This document shows positions 40,162 to 52,226 of a stretch of 64,000 nucleotides of DNA, piece after piece. This DNA is from a candidate division FCPU426 bacterium (GTDB lineage: Bacteria > Oederibacteriota > Muellerivitia > Muellerivitales > Muellerivitaceae). The translations under genes were made by a program, and so were the position numbers. A model generated the notes under the pieces. It saw only the letters and a program-made list of their open reading frames with translations, was not told the DNA's origin and searched no databases. Positions within the stretch are counted from its first letter, which is position 1. Every line of letters begins with the position of its first letter. The stretch lies in contig CAWKAR010000052.1 in assembly GCA_963847625.1 (NCBI GenBank), positions 1 through 64,000 of the forward strand, in the 5' to 3' direction.

Positions 40162-42270
40162 ATGAGAAAATTTAAATTTAATCCCGGAAAAGAAATCCGC
40201 CTGGATCCGTTTTATTGTTTTTTTTGTTTTTTTCTTTCCAATGTTCTTTTATCCTATTTCGACTTATCGCTTTTCGGCAAGCTTCAAGTGGTCCTGATCG
40301 GCTTAGCCGCACCTTTTTTCATTTTCCTGTTCAACAAAATCCCTTCCGCGAAGGTGGAAAACGGTTCTTGGCTGATAAACAATTTGCCGATCGTTCCCGG
40401 TTGGTTATGGGTCGTGGTTTTTTTTCTGGGTTGTTTCTTGCGTTTTTACAGGTTCTTTTCTCTCGCTGGTTGGCCTTATTTCGACGAGGGAGTCTGTGCT
40501 TTCGGGGCTATGGAGCTTTACCAGAATAACTCCTGGCATTTTTTTTATTCCGCCACCCAGCACCCCCCCCTCGTTATCTGGGCGCTGGGATTGTTTTTCA
40601 AGGTTTTCCCGCCTTCATTGCTGTCCCTTGGATTATTCACTGGTTTTCTCTCGGTCATCGCCCTCGGCCTCACTTATTGGGAAGGCAGGAGTTATTTTTC
40701 GAAATCATTTGCCTTCATTTGTTTCTTTCTTGTTGCCACGGGTTTCTGGCCTTTGTATATAGGCAGGTTCTGTACTTATGAGACATTTTCCCTTTCCTGG
40801 GAATTTTTTGTTTTTTTATTATTGATTTTATTCCGGGAAAACTCCGAGAAAAACGGGGCCTGGAAATACGCCTTGGTTTTGGGCATTTCCACGGGAGTTG
40901 GTTTTTTCAGCTACGTGGTCTGGACGGTGGTGGCCATTCTTGTGGCCTTGGCGGTTCTAGACTCGAGTAAAAAGGAAAAAAGTAAAGTCTTAATCGCATT
41001 TTTCATCCCTCTCATCACCTTGACCCTAGTTTTTTTCTTTTTTTATTATCGGTACACCCACCTGGACGCTATTCGGAATCGGTTGGCATTCCTGCCGAAT
41101 TCCCCGGGAAAGCGACAGTGGATGATTATCATCGACGTTATCAGCAGTTTTTTTTGGGGATGTCCCGAATACCACTACATCGATTATGGACCCGTTTGGG
41201 GAGGATTGTTGAATCCGGTTTTAAGCTCCTTTTTTTTCATGGGCCTTATTCAGTGCTATAAAAAAAGAAAATCCCCATTTATCCAATGGCTGCTATTGGG
41301 TCTTATTATTTTTGTTTTTCCAGGTCTCATTGCCAAGGGATTGGACACTTTCAGGGTGATTTATGTTCTTCCAATCCTGCTCCTGATTACGGCTATAGGC
41401 ATTAGCTGGTTCCAATCCTCCTTGAAAAATTACCGTGGGATCATCCTCTCGATTCTGTTGGTTTCCAGTTTATTCCTGGATTTTTTCCACTTTTTCGTTG
41501 TTTACCACACTATTTGGGGAATGCCGGGACCGCAGTGGTCCTATTTAAAATCCGTTCCTCTCTATGCGGCGTATCAGGTCCTGGAAGGAAAAGCTCAGAC
41601 GAACGGACCCGGTAACGTATTATCCGATCTCCGGCCGATAACTTATGATCAAACCCTGACACTGGCAGCTTTTCCGTTTGACGCGGCGCACAACCGGAAA
41701 ATTAATCCCCAGGATGCGAAATGGTCTGCAGTCCTAGTGACAAAGGATTACATTCCTTTTCTATCAAAGCGATTTCCGGGGATGGGATGGTTCAGGCTAG
41801 GAAAGGAACATTCTTGGGATGCATTTGATTGGTGGTTGGGCATTATTCCCGTCACGGAAAGTAACCGGGCCACCATGCAACATTGGGTCAAGGCTAATGA
41901 GGCTTTTCAAGCTGTTGCAAATCAATTAATGAATCTTGCCAATTTGGGAGGCCAGCGGCCCATTTTTGAACGTTTTCTCAAATGCCGTGAGTTGATGGAG
42001 GGGGACCAGTTTTTGGAATCCTGTTTTTGGGAAAAAATGCTCTATTTTTATTGGGCAGTTAACAGGGACCGGGAAAAAGCGCTGAAAGCCTCTCAGCAAT
42101 ACTTGAAATACGGGTATCCGTCACCGCGTATCCAAAAACTGGAAAGAATATTTGAGAAAATACCCGCGGAAGCAAAACCTCTTTTTGGCCGCCATCGCGT
42201 GAAAATGACTCATTTAATTCAAAAGGGGTTTTCTGATCGATATTCCGCCAAGGGTCTAAAGTTTAATTGA
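40162..42270 (+). CDS. GT-C/GT39 (ArnT/PMT-like) membrane glycosyltransferase
   Basis: LRFYR...YFDEG...HPPL; many TMs. Confidence 0.75.
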   Translation: MRKFKFNPGKEIRLDPFYCFFCFFLSNVLLSYFDLSLFGKLQVVLIGLAAPFFIFLFNKIPSAKVENGSWLINNLPIVPGWLWVVVFFLGCFLRFYRFFSLAGWPYFDEGVCAFGAMELYQNNSWHFFYSATQHPPLVIWALGLFFKVFPPSLLSLGLFTGFLSVIALGLTYWEGRSYFSKSFAFICFFLVATGFWPLYIGRFCTYETFSLSWEFFVFLLLILFRENSEKNGAWKYALVLGISTGVGFFSYVVWTVVAILVALAVLDSSKKEKSKVLIAFFIPLITLTLVFFFFYYRYTHLDAIRNRLAFLPNSPGKRQWMIIIDVISSFFWGCPEYHYIDYGPVWGGLLNPVLSSFFFMGLIQCYKKRKSPFIQWLLLGLIIFVFPGLIAKGLDTFRVIYVLPILLLITAIGISWFQSSLKNYRGIILSILLVSSLFLDFFHFFVVYHTIWGMPGPQWSYLKSVPLYAAYQVLEGKAQTNGPGNVLSDLRPITYDQTLTLAAFPFDAAHNRKINPQDAKWSAVLVTKDYIPFLSKRFPGMGWFRLGKEHSWDAFDWWLGIIPVTESNRATMQHWVKANEAFQAVANQLMNLANLGGQRPIFERFLKCRELMEGDQFLESCFWEKMLYFYWAVNRDREKALKASQQYLKYGYPSPRIQKLERIFEKIPAEAKPLFGRHRVKMTHLIQKGFSDRYSAKGLKFN

Positions 42271-42295
42271 CATGGCTTGGCCACTTGTGGAAAAT
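42267..42295 (+). promoter_or_regulatory. Sigma70-like promoter upstream of tRNA-Tyr/Gly
   Basis: TTGACA-N17-GAAAAT. Confidence 0.5.
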
Positions 42296-42581
42296 CAAGG
42301 CCCCTTTTCGGAAGGAAACTGGAAATCTATTAATGGCAGGTTTCCTCTGGCAGCGGGTGCATTCAGATTGACCGGTTGCACCCTTAAACAGGTTTGACAT
42401 TTCTCGGGTCTGGTTCCCGTGGATGATTCAAAAAACGTCAGGAAGGCTTATAATAATCTGGGATCGGAAGAACTAAATTCTAAATTAAGGAAGGTTACCG
42501 ATCAGTCACTAAGTGGTTTTCGTTCAGGTGCATAAAAGCTTTTTACCAGGTATCATTTTTTTTGTTATTTTATGCGGAAAT

Positions 42582-42668
42582 GGACAGGTGCCCGAGTGGT
42601 CAATGGGAGCAGACTGTAAATCTGCCGGCCGACGGCCTTCGAAGGTTCGAATCCTTCCCTGTCCACCA
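42582..42668 (+). tRNA. tRNA-Tyr(GTA)
   Basis: Cloverleaf with long variable arm, GCAGA-CTGTAAA-TCTGC, GTTCGAATC and CCA. Confidence 0.96.
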
Positions 42669-42710
42669 TTTTTACAATTCAAACCGCTATAGGTTAGATT
42701 GGGCCGGAAG

Positions 42711-42785
42711 GCGGGAGTAATTCAGTGGTAGAATGCCACCCTTCCAAGGTGGACGTCGCCGGTTCGAATCCGGTCTCCCGCTCCA
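42711..42785 (+). tRNA. tRNA-Gly(TCC)
   Basis: GCGGGAG acceptor stem, CCACC-CTTCCAA-GGTGG and CCA. Confidence 0.96.
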
Positions 42786-42939
42786 TTTTCCAATCCTTTA
42801 CCCCGGTTAGGTAGAGGAGGAAAAGAAAAAAGCTAGATTCCCCCTTCCTTTAATGACTTACAACAAAGGTTATTCACATTGTTTTCGGGAAAAGAAAACT
42901 CAAATCAACTACTAATAATAATGAACGTGGAGGTAACCA

Positions 42940-44346
42940 GTGAATTTTCGTATCGAACATGATTCAATCGGCGATTTAAAAGTTCCCGCTGAAGCCCTCT
43001 GGGGGGTTCAAACCCAACGGGCAATCCATAATTTTCCCATCAGCGGAATTAAATCCCACAAGGTTTTCATCCAATCCACAGTACATATCAAAAAGGCCGC
43101 GGCGCGTTTTCACGGCCAGGTGGGCTGGTTGGATAAGGAAAAAAGCCGCGCCATCGTGAAGGCGGCTGATGAAATCCTGAAAAAGGGCCTGTGGATCGAC
43201 CAGTTCGTGGTCGACGTATACCAAGCAGGTGCTGGTACCAGCCACAATATGAACACGAACGAGGTCTTAGCCAACCGGGCCATTGAGATCCTGGGTGGAA
43301 AGCGAGCCGATTATAAACTAGTCCATCCGAACGATCATGTGAACATGGGTCAATCCACGAACGATGTGATTCCGACCGCTATCCGTCTATCGGGTCTGCT
43401 CTTAATTAGGGATCTTTTGCCCGCCCTCGACAAACTTTCCAGAACCCTTTTTAAAAAAGGCCGTGAATTTGCCAGGGTTTTTAAGACGGGCCGAACGCAT
43501 CTGCAAGATGCAGCACCCGTCACCCTGGGGCAAGAATTCTCGGCCTACGGCGAAAACTTAAGGCGGCATTTCAGCCGAATCCAAAACGCCTCAAAGGACT
43601 TGGAAGAACTGGGCATCGGTGGGTCCGCCGTTGGCTCCGGATTAAATACCCATCCTCAATATACAAAGGTAATGGCTAAGTTGCTGTCAGAGCAGACCGG
43701 ATTGAAGTTAAAGGCTCATTCGAACCTGTTTGAAGCCATGCAAAGCATGTCGCCGGTTATCTCGGTTTCCAACTCCATTCGAAACCTGGCCCTCGACCTA
43801 ATTCGAATCGCCAATGATTTCAGGCTCTTGACCAGCGGCCCCGCGACCGGGTTCGGAGAAATTCTTCTGCCCCCTATGCAACCCGGCTCCTCAATCATGC
43901 CTGGTAAAGTGAACCCCGTCTTGGCGGAATGCCTGAACATGGTCTGCTTTCAGGTTTTGGGCCATGACACGACCTTGGCTTACGCGGCCCAAGCCGGCCA
44001 ACTGGAATTAAACGTCATGACGCCTGTTATCGCCTACAATTTTAATCAAGCGCTTTTCATCCTTACCCGGATGCTCCTTGTTTTTGAGGAGAAATGCGTC
44101 CGGGGAATCAAAGCGGACCGGAGACGATGTCTGGACTTCGCGGAAAAAAGTTTATCCATCGCCGCGGCCTTGAATCCCGTCATCGGTTATGAAAAGGCCG
44201 CTGAAGTCGTAAAAACGGCATTAAAGGAAGGGTCGACCATCAAAAAAATCGTTTTAGAAAAAAAATTACTGACTGCGGAAAAATATAATCAACTAGTTAG
44301 GTTGGGAAAGCTTGTGGATCCCCATGGAAAAAGTCAAAGGCGCTAA
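42940..44346 (+). CDS. Aspartate ammonia-lyase / class II fumarase family
   Basis: GRTHLQDA and GSSIMPGKVNP; aspA vs fumC not resolved by eye. Confidence 0.9.
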   Translation: MNFRIEHDSIGDLKVPAEALWGVQTQRAIHNFPISGIKSHKVFIQSTVHIKKAAARFHGQVGWLDKEKSRAIVKAADEILKKGLWIDQFVVDVYQAGAGTSHNMNTNEVLANRAIEILGGKRADYKLVHPNDHVNMGQSTNDVIPTAIRLSGLLLIRDLLPALDKLSRTLFKKGREFARVFKTGRTHLQDAAPVTLGQEFSAYGENLRRHFSRIQNASKDLEELGIGGSAVGSGLNTHPQYTKVMAKLLSEQTGLKLKAHSNLFEAMQSMSPVISVSNSIRNLALDLIRIANDFRLLTSGPATGFGEILLPPMQPGSSIMPGKVNPVLAECLNMVCFQVLGHDTTLAYAAQAGQLELNVMTPVIAYNFNQALFILTRMLLVFEEKCVRGIKADRRRCLDFAEKSLSIAAALNPVIGYEKAAEVVKTALKEGSTIKKIVLEKKLLTAEKYNQLVRLGKLVDPHGKSQRR

Positions 44347-44420
44347 TAGATGCTACAAAGACTTGGGGCGGTTTTGTGAGCTTGGACAGCTAAAATAGGC
44401 CTTTTTTCAGCCCTTTCTCC

Positions 44421-44448
44421 TTGACAGAGGGGGGGTGAAACGTAAAAT
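44421..44448 (+). promoter_or_regulatory. Sigma70-like promoter for tRNA-Thr-tuf
   Basis: TTGACA-N16-TAAAAT, about 20 nt before the tRNA. Confidence 0.6.
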
Positions 44449-44469
44449 ACCTATTCTTGCAATATCCCC

Positions 44470-44545
<76 letters not shown>

Positions 44546-44589
44546 TTACATGAGGAAGAAGCTGTATTTTTTATCTGGGAGGCGTGGTT

Positions 44590-45780
<1,191 letters not shown>

Positions 45781-45810
45781 GAAAAAGCCTAATTTCATTA
45801 AGGAATATGG

Positions 45811-45960
45811 ATGAGAGAACAAATAACCCTGGCTTGCGCGGATTGCAAGCGCAGAAATTACAACAAAACACGGGACAAACGAAAAACCCCGGACAAAATT
45901 GAGGTAAAAAAATATTGCAGGTGGTGCCGCAAGCACACACTTCACAAGGAAACGAAATGA
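45811..45960 (+). CDS. rpmG: 50S ribosomal protein L33 (Zn-binding type); not in the ORF track
   Basis: [17 protein letters not shown]...[17 protein letters not shown]. Confidence 0.95.
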   Translation: MREQITLACADCKRRNYNKTRDKRKTPDKIEVKKYCRWCRKHTLHKETK

Positions 45961-46021
45961 CGGTAGCCCCACTGGGTTTCCAACGGGGTTTTACGCATAT
46001 GGCTTTTAAAAGCTTTTCCAT

Positions 46022-46097
46022 AGGGCAGTAGCTCTAACGGTAGAGCGGCGGTCTCCAAAACCGCGCGTTGCAGGTTCGAATCCTGCCTGCCCTGCCA
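46022..46097 (+). tRNA. tRNA-Trp(CCA)
   Basis: GCGGT-CTCCAAA-ACCGC; canonical position before secE. Confidence 0.95.
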
Positions 46098-46130
46098 TCC
46101 GGATCGCAAGGAACACTAGAAGGAATTGGA

Positions 46131-46316
46131 ATGTTACAACAACTGAGGCAGTTTTACACGGAAGCCAGGTCTGAGTACAAGAAAATTTCCTGGCCTACCC
46201 TTGATGAGATTAAGGGATCTACCTCAGTGGTTTGCGTCACCATAGGTTTTGTGATGTTATTGTTGGCGGTTTACGATCTTGTCATCAGCAACCTAATGAC
46301 GCTGATTATAAAATAA
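46131..46316 (+). CDS. secE: Preprotein translocase SecE
   Basis: EYKKISWPT plus one TM; synteny. Confidence 0.9.
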   Translation: MLQQLRQFYTEARSEYKKISWPTLDEIKGSTSVVCVTIGFVMLLLAVYDLVISNLMTLIIK

Positions 46317-46336
46317 AAGGAGAGGGTTTCATCGAA

Positions 46337-46867
46337 ATGGCTAAGCGCTGGTATGTCATCAACACCTATTCCGGATACGAGTCGAAGGTGAAAACAAACC
46401 TCGAAAACCGGATCAAAAGCATGAAGATGGAGGAAAAAATCTTCCAAATCTTGATTCCCTCCGAAGAGGTGACTGAGACCCGCGGCGGCAAGAAGAGAGT
46501 GATGAACAAGAAATTCTTCCCCGGTTACATCCTGGTGGAAATGGATATGGACGAGAATTCCTGGTCGGTGGTCCGGAACACCCCAAAAGTGACCAGTTTC
46601 GTTGGTTCCGGCAACAAGCCCATCCCACTCCCCGACGAGGAAGTGACGGCCATCCTGGAGCACATCGGAAAACGCCGGGAACGCCGGGCCCTCAAAAGCC
46701 AATTTGAAAAGGGCGACCTGGTCAAGGTGATGGACGGCCCATTCTCGAATTTTTCGGGCTCCGTGGAGGAAATCAACCCGGAGCGGGAGCGGGTGAAGGT
46801 TATGGTCACCATTTTCGGCCGTCAAACCCCGGTGGAACTCGAGTTCCACCAAATTGAAAAGGAATAA
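46337..46867 (+). CDS. nusG: Transcription factor NusG
   Basis: WYVINTYSGYE, FFPGY and IFGRQTPVEL. Confidence 0.97.
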   Translation: MAKRWYVINTYSGYESKVKTNLENRIKSMKMEEKIFQILIPSEEVTETRGGKKRVMNKKFFPGYILVEMDMDENSWSVVRNTPKVTSFVGSGNKPIPLPDEEVTAILEHIGKRRERRALKSQFEKGDLVKVMDGPFSNFSGSVEEINPERERVKVMVTIFGRQTPVELEFHQIEKE

Positions 46868-46938
46868 AAATCATTTTAGCCCGGAACCCTGATTCCAAAC
46901 GAATGGCTAAAAAATAAAAAGAATCGCAGGAAAAGGTC

Positions 46939-47364
46939 ATGGCAAAAGAGATAAGCGCTTTGGTAAAGCTCCAGATTCCCGCGGGAAAGGCAAACCCCGC
47001 TCCTCCGGTGGGTCCCGCATTGGGCCAACACGGTGTTAACATCATGGAATTTTGCAAGCAATTCAACGCCGCCACCCAAAAACAGGAAGGATTAATCATT
47101 CCTGTAGTCATATCCATCTACAAGGACCGGTCTTTTACGTTCGTGACCAAGACACCACCAGCTTCCGTGCTTCTATTAAAATCGGCGGGTTTGGCCAAAG
47201 GATCGCCTGTTCCCAATAAGCAGAAGGTCGGTAAGGTCACCCGGCAACAGGCTATGGAAATCGCAAAGACCAAGATGCCGGACTTGAACGCGCAAAAATT
47301 GGATTCGGCCTTCCGTATGGTTGAAGGAACAGCCCGAAGCATGGGAATCGAAATAGAAAAGTAA
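46939..47364 (+). CDS. rplK: 50S ribosomal protein L11
   Basis: [15 protein letters not shown]. Confidence 0.98.
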   Translation: MAKEISALVKLQIPAGKANPAPPVGPALGQHGVNIMEFCKQFNAATQKQEGLIIPVVISIYKDRSFTFVTKTPPASVLLLKSAGLAKGSPVPNKQKVGKVTRQQAMEIAKTKMPDLNAQKLDSAFRMVEGTARSMGIEIEK

Positions 47365-47444
47365 AAGTTGACAGCCGAAGGTTGACTGTTTTCAACGAAG
47401 ACCTATGTGTAATGAAAATAGCCGACCGAGAAATGAATTTAATC

Positions 47445-47490
47445 TGTGGGAGCTCCACCTGAAAGGGTAGCGCGTTGGCACCACGGGAGG
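47445..47490 (+). promoter_or_regulatory. Probable L1-binding mRNA leader
   Basis: GTGGGAG...CCAC stem abutting the rplA RBS. Confidence 0.5.
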
Positions 47491-47496
47491 AAACAA

Positions 47497-48210
47497 ATGG
47501 GAAAGAAAGCTAGCAAGCGGCATAGAAAAAACATTGAACTGATCGACAGGTCGAAGGCTTATCCTCTTGGGGAGGCTGTCAGTCTCCTCAAAAAGACGTC
47601 TCCCGCAAAATTCAACGAGACAGTCGAATTGCACATCAAACTCGGAGTCGACCCCAAAAAAGCCGACCAACAGGTCCGGGGGACGGTTTCCCTTCCTCAT
47701 GGAACCGGTAAACCCATAAAGGTGGCCGTCTTGGCCAAGGGCGAGAAAGTCCGGGAAGCCGAGGCGGCCGGAGCCGATATCGCCGGGGACAGCGACCTGA
47801 TCGAAAAGATTGCAGGCGGTTTCTTGGATTTCGACGTTTTGGTCGCAACTCCCGATATCATGAGGGAAACCGGTAAATTGGGAAAAGTATTGGGGCCCAA
47901 AGGCCTGATGCCCAATCCTAAAGCTGGTACGGTGACTCCGGATGTGGCCCGGGCAGTAAAGGAAATCAAAGCTGGCAAGATCGAATACCGCGTGGATGAT
48001 CAGGGTATTTGTCACACTGGCATTGGCAAAATCCAATTCAATGAAAGCCAAATCCAGGGGAACGCGGACACTTTGATAAAGACTTTGGTTTCGGTCAAAC
48101 CCGCGTCCGCTAAGGGAAACTACCTGCTTTCGGCCTATATCACTTCCAGCATGGGGCCCGGGATCAAGCTGGACACAACGGAGTACACGAAGACGACGGC
48201 GAAGAATTAA
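47497..48210 (+). CDS. rplA: 50S ribosomal protein L1
   Basis: LPHGTGK and [11 protein letters not shown]. Confidence 0.98.
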   Translation: MGKKASKRHRKNIELIDRSKAYPLGEAVSLLKKTSPAKFNETVELHIKLGVDPKKADQQVRGTVSLPHGTGKPIKVAVLAKGEKVREAEAAGADIAGDSDLIEKIAGGFLDFDVLVATPDIMRETGKLGKVLGPKGLMPNPKAGTVTPDVARAVKEIKAGKIEYRVDDQGICHTGIGKIQFNESQIQGNADTLIKTLVSVKPASAKGNYLLSAYITSSMGPGIKLDTTEYTKTTAKN

Positions 48211-48385
48211 TCATGAAAATGGTGTTCCCGAAGGCGGAAACCTTCAGGTGTTAAGCTAAGAAAAGCTCAATATTCCAAAGGAAATTGAGCGATAGCTTTT
48301 GAAATTTTAACAGTAACTATTATTAAAATTTAGTGCTTGCAAGCTGGCAATGATATTAATTATATTCTTTCAGCTTGCAAGGGAT

Positions 48386-48522
48386 GTCGAAGACAGCGGG
48401 CGGCCTGCGGTAGCTTACAAAGTGCGACTGGCCTTAATTTTGCCCGCCGAGACGGTCCGGAAATTAAAAGGTTATTTTCATACCCTTCATCCGGTCGTTT
48501 CGGGTGAGGGGTTTTCTTTTTT
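48386..48522 (+). promoter_or_regulatory. L10 leader with terminator
   Basis: GAAGACAGCGGG...TTAA...CCCGCCGAG followed by a hairpin and T-run, before rplJ. Confidence 0.7.
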
Positions 48523-48593
48523 GTCTTGAGAAATCAAGAATATAACCCTCCCCAGTTTTGGAGACTTATTCAACAAGAGGGGTGGTGAGTGAA

Positions 48594-49139
48594 TTGGCAG
48601 ATTTTAAAAGAAGCAAACCAAGGCCTGAGAAGGTCGCGGTCATCGAGAAGCTTATGGAAAAGGTCCAGTCGGCCAAGTCGGCAGTGGTGACCGGTTATAC
48701 CGGTTTAACGGTGGAGGAAGTCACGCAATTGCGGGCCCAGCTTTTCAAGGCCAAGGTGGAATACCACGTCGTAAAGAATAACCTGGCCCGTTTGGCCCTT
48801 AATAAGGCCAAAATCACCGTATTGGACGACCTTTTGGCCGGTCCCACGGCAATCGCCCTGGCAACCGGAGACGCAGTGGCTCCTGCCCGGGTTCTTTCCA
48901 AGTTCGCCAAAGACCATGAAAAACTGGTTTTAAAGGGCGGATGGATGGAAGGCCGAAAAATCACGGTGCAGGACATAAAGGTTCTTGCCAACCTGCCTAG
49001 CCGTGAGGAACTTTTAGCGAAGATGTTGGGAAGCATGATGTCACCGGTAACCGGAATCGTTCAAGTTTTAGCCGGACCCATGCGTAAGTTGGTTTACGCC
49101 CTCAACGCCGTCAAGGAAGCGAAGGCCAAGACCGCTTAA
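48594..49139 (+). CDS. rplJ: 50S ribosomal protein L10 (start uncertain, TTG)
   Basis: GLTVEEVTQLR, VVKNNL and LPSREELLA. Confidence 0.95.
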   Translation: MADFKRSKPRPEKVAVIEKLMEKVQSAKSAVVTGYTGLTVEEVTQLRAQLFKAKVEYHVVKNNLARLALNKAKITVLDDLLAGPTAIALATGDAVAPARVLSKFAKDHEKLVLKGGWMEGRKITVQDIKVLANLPSREELLAKMLGSMMSPVTGIVQVLAGPMRKLVYALNAVKEAKAKTA

Positions 49140-49213
49140 ATTTAATCACCTAGTTTCGGTATCCCGATTGGGAAACGAGACTCAATGGAAATCAAATATG
49201 GAGGATATAAAAA

Positions 49214-49594
49214 ATGCCTACTTTAACGAAAGATGAATTGATTACGGCCATCGAGCAGATGAGCGTTTTGGAATTAAACGAACTGGTCAAGGCCCTGGAG
49301 ACCAAGTTCGGAGTTTCCGCGGCGGCCCCGGTGGCAGTCGCGGCTGTTTCCGGCGCGGGCGCCGGTGCGGCTGCCGAGGAGAAAACCGCGTTCGACGTCA
49401 TCCTGAAGAGCGCCGGAGGAAACAAGATCTCCGTCATCAAGGTTGTCCGGGAAGTCACCGGATTGGGCCTCAAGGAAGCCAAGGACCTGGTGGATGGGGC
49501 CCCCAAGCCCGTGAAAACAGGAATCTCGAAGGCGGAAGCCGACCAAATGCTCGCTAAGTTCAAGGAATCGGGCGCTGAATTAGAAATTCAGTAA
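49214..49594 (+). CDS. rplL: 50S ribosomal protein L7/L12
   Basis: [23 protein letters not shown]. Confidence 0.98.
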   Translation: MPTLTKDELITAIEQMSVLELNELVKALETKFGVSAAAPVAVAAVSGAGAGAAAEEKTAFDVILKSAGGNKISVIKVVREVTGLGLKEAKDLVDGAPKPVKTGISKAEADQMLAKFKESGAELEIQ

Positions 49595-49607
49595 TAATAA
49601 TTCCTTT

Positions 49608-49642
49608 AAAGCCCCGTTCCCTTTGGGAACGGGGCTTTTTTT
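49608..49642 (+). terminator. Intrinsic terminator after rplL
   Basis: AAAGCCCCGTTCCC-TTT-GGGAACGGGGCTTTTTTT. Confidence 0.9.
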
Positions 49643-49719
49643 ATTTTGGGAAAAGGCTTGTGGGGAGGGGTAAGATATGGCCTTCACGAGGGCTCATTAA
49701 TCCAGGGAGATGATTCGGA

Positions 49720-50379
49720 ATGCGTCATAAGGGCTATTTCATTTCTTTCGAAGGCCCGGAAGGCTCGGGCAAAACAACCCAAATGAAACTTCTAGGGGAA
49801 CTTTTACGACGTCAAAGAATACCCATTATTCAAACCCGGGAACCCGGTGGTTCGAAACTCTCCACGCATTTACGAAATTGGATTTTGAACCGGTTGGATT
49901 ATTTGCTCACGTCTGAGGCGGAGCTGTTTCTTTTCCTGGCTGACCGCGCCCAACATGTGAAAGAAGTCATCCTCCCATCTCTCGGGAAGGGAAAGTTCGT
50001 GCTATGCGACCGTTATGCCGACTCCACCCTGGCTTACCAGGGGGGCGGCAGGGGATTTCCTGTGAAAATTCTTATGGAAATGAATGAATTGGCCACCCGT
50101 GGGCTTCAGCCCGATCTGACGGTTCTTATCGACATACCCGTTCCTATAGGCCTCCGACGCGCGGCGGGGAGGGGAAGAGGCAGGGACAGAATGGAAAATG
50201 AGAAAATCCAATTTCATAAAAATATTCGGAAAGCTTTCCTTAAGATCGCCCATCAAGAACCTGGACGGTTTCTGGTATTGGATGGGACTAAACCGGTGGA
50301 AAAAGTTTTCAAGGATTTGATTTTAGGCTTATCCCGCCGACTTCCGGCTATGTGGAGAAAGAGGCTGGGTTATGGATGA
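49720..50379 (+). CDS. tmk: Thymidylate kinase
   Basis: FEGPEGSGKTT, TREPGG and DRYADSTLAYQG. Confidence 0.95.
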   Translation: MRHKGYFISFEGPEGSGKTTQMKLLGELLRRQRIPIIQTREPGGSKLSTHLRNWILNRLDYLLTSEAELFLFLADRAQHVKEVILPSLGKGKFVLCDRYADSTLAYQGGGRGFPVKILMEMNELATRGLQPDLTVLIDIPVPIGLRRAAGRGRGRDRMENEKIQFHKNIRKAFLKIAHQEPGRFLVLDGTKPVEKVFKDLILGLSRRLPAMWRKRLGYG

Positions 50380-51442
50380 TTTCGTCATTCCACGCCTGGA
50401 GCAACTAGACACCCAGCCTGAGGTTGAGCGAATCCTCCTCGGATTGAAGGAACATCCCGGGGTCCAAACCCTGCTTTGGATTGGACCCCCCGGATCCGGG
50501 AAAAAAACCCACGCTTTGGCTCTGGCCCGAAGCTATTTCTGCCTGCAAGGAAAGGACTGCGGGGGTTGCGCGGCCTGCAGACAGGTTCTCGCTAAAACCC
50601 ATCCGGATCTTTTTTGGGTCCACCGGGAACATTTCTGGTCCGATGAGAAGGAGGACCGAAAAAAACAGGGCATTATCGTCAACACCGCAAAGCTTCTTTC
50701 CCAAAAGATCAGCAGGGCTCCCCTCGCGGCCGCCTGCAAGATAGCCGTGATTCCAAACGCCCATGAAATGAACGAGGATGCCCAAAATGTCCTTTTAAAG
50801 ACATTGGAAGAGCCGCCCGCGGCCACATACATTATTTTGATGACGGATAAGGAAAACGCCCTTTTGCCGACGATTCTCTCAAGATGCCGGCCGATCCGCT
50901 TTCATCCCATCCCCCAGGGCAAAATCGAGGAAGTCCTGGTGAAAACCCGCGGGTGGAATCCGGGAGAAGCGAGAAAGGCCGCCGGGGAGGCGGAAGGGAA
51001 CCTGACCCAAGCCTTGAGGGAAGCCGATCCGGATTGGGTGTCCTTCCGGGAAAAAGTGAAAAGCGACCTGGACCGGGTTATGGCCGGGCCCGACGGGGAT
51101 TGGCTGGCCCTGACTACGGAATACGAACAATGGGAACCGGATTTCCTAGGGGACGCGATCCTCACCGCCACACAGCGTAGGGCTGTTGTGCTTAAAACCG
51201 CCCTCCAGATTTACCTGGGTTTTTGGCGAAAACGCCTTAACGGGGAGATGGATGTGCCCTCGTGTTTTTCCACATTGCCGCCCGAACGGGTTTTGGCCTG
51301 TCTCCAGAAACACCAGGATATGGTTGAAACGAATCTTTCAACGCGCATGATTCTTGACCATTTGTTCCTGGAGCTGAGGGAAGGGTTCCAAAAAGGTGGA
51401 CTTTCAGATAAGTCTTTTATTGATTTGGCAGTGCAAATATAG
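50372..51442 (+). CDS. holB: DNA polymerase III delta' subunit
   Basis: CGGCAAC...HPD, AQNVLLKTLEEP and TILSRC; follows tmk. Confidence 0.9.
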   Translation: MDDFVIPRLEQLDTQPEVERILLGLKEHPGVQTLLWIGPPGSGKKTHALALARSYFCLQGKDCGGCAACRQVLAKTHPDLFWVHREHFWSDEKEDRKKQGIIVNTAKLLSQKISRAPLAAACKIAVIPNAHEMNEDAQNVLLKTLEEPPAATYIILMTDKENALLPTILSRCRPIRFHPIPQGKIEEVLVKTRGWNPGEARKAAGEAEGNLTQALREADPDWVSFREKVKSDLDRVMAGPDGDWLALTTEYEQWEPDFLGDAILTATQRRAVVLKTALQIYLGFWRKRLNGEMDVPSCFSTLPPERVLACLQKHQDMVETNLSTRMILDHLFLELREGFQKGGLSDKSFIDLAVQI

Positions 51443-51452
51443 GAGGGCAAAA

Positions 51453-52196
51453 ATGTTTAAAAAACAGTATTTAATATCCAATCTATTTTTTATTTTGTTT
51501 TTTAATGCAACATTCGTAGTTGCGGAAGATAAAAAAGCATCTATCGATTTGGAAAAGGCAATTACGCTTTCTCAATCTAAAGGGAAATTTGTACCAGATA
51601 AAAATAAATCAAAGAATTTTACTACTCCTTCAAATATAAAACTTATCTTTTCGGATACGGCCAACAGAATTCAACAAGACGATTTGAAAAATGTTGGTAG
51701 ATCGAACGATCCAAGAACGAATCCGTTGAAGTTTGGACCAATATTTGATTTGACGGGAAAAGATGGATTTGATGTTTATTTCCTCAAAGTAAATCAATAC
51801 AACAACATCATGGGATTACCTTTTGATAAGTACTATTTTGTCGTTTTTGATAAAAAGACTAAGAAGTGTTCGGAAAAATCTTTTTTGATTCAGGGGAATT
51901 TTGTTGATTGCTATTGGGATAACCTAACAAATGATGGGAGAGCCCAACTTGTGATCGATGATGAATGGCACAATGGTTCTGCTGAATATTTCGATAAAAA
52001 ATATTATGAAATAAAAGATGACCTCTCTATTAAAGAATTGTTAACGCTTGGTGGCTTTGTTGATGGCCCTAATTCTCAGGAGCAAAAAATTATTCAAAAA
52101 AAGAAGAAAAGTGTTGTTGTTGAAGAAACACGGAAAAAATCAGATATTGAAGATGGCGAAACAAAAGCAGTGACAGAAATAAAATTGGAATTTTAA
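51453..52196 (+). CDS. AT-rich exported hypothetical protein
   Basis: RBS AGGAGG, signal peptide, visibly AT-richer than its neighbours. Confidence 0.7.
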   Translation: MFKKQYLISNLFFILFFNATFVVAEDKKASIDLEKAITLSQSKGKFVPDKNKSKNFTTPSNIKLIFSDTANRIQQDDLKNVGRSNDPRTNPLKFGPIFDLTGKDGFDVYFLKVNQYNNIMGLPFDKYYFVVFDKKTKKCSEKSFLIQGNFVDCYWDNLTNDGRAQLVIDDEWHNGSAEYFDKKYYEIKDDLSIKELLTLGGFVDGPNSQEQKIIQKKKKSVVVEETRKKSDIEDGETKAVTEIKLEF

Positions 52197-52226
52197 ATAT
52201 CATGGGTTCGACCAACGGAGTAAGCA

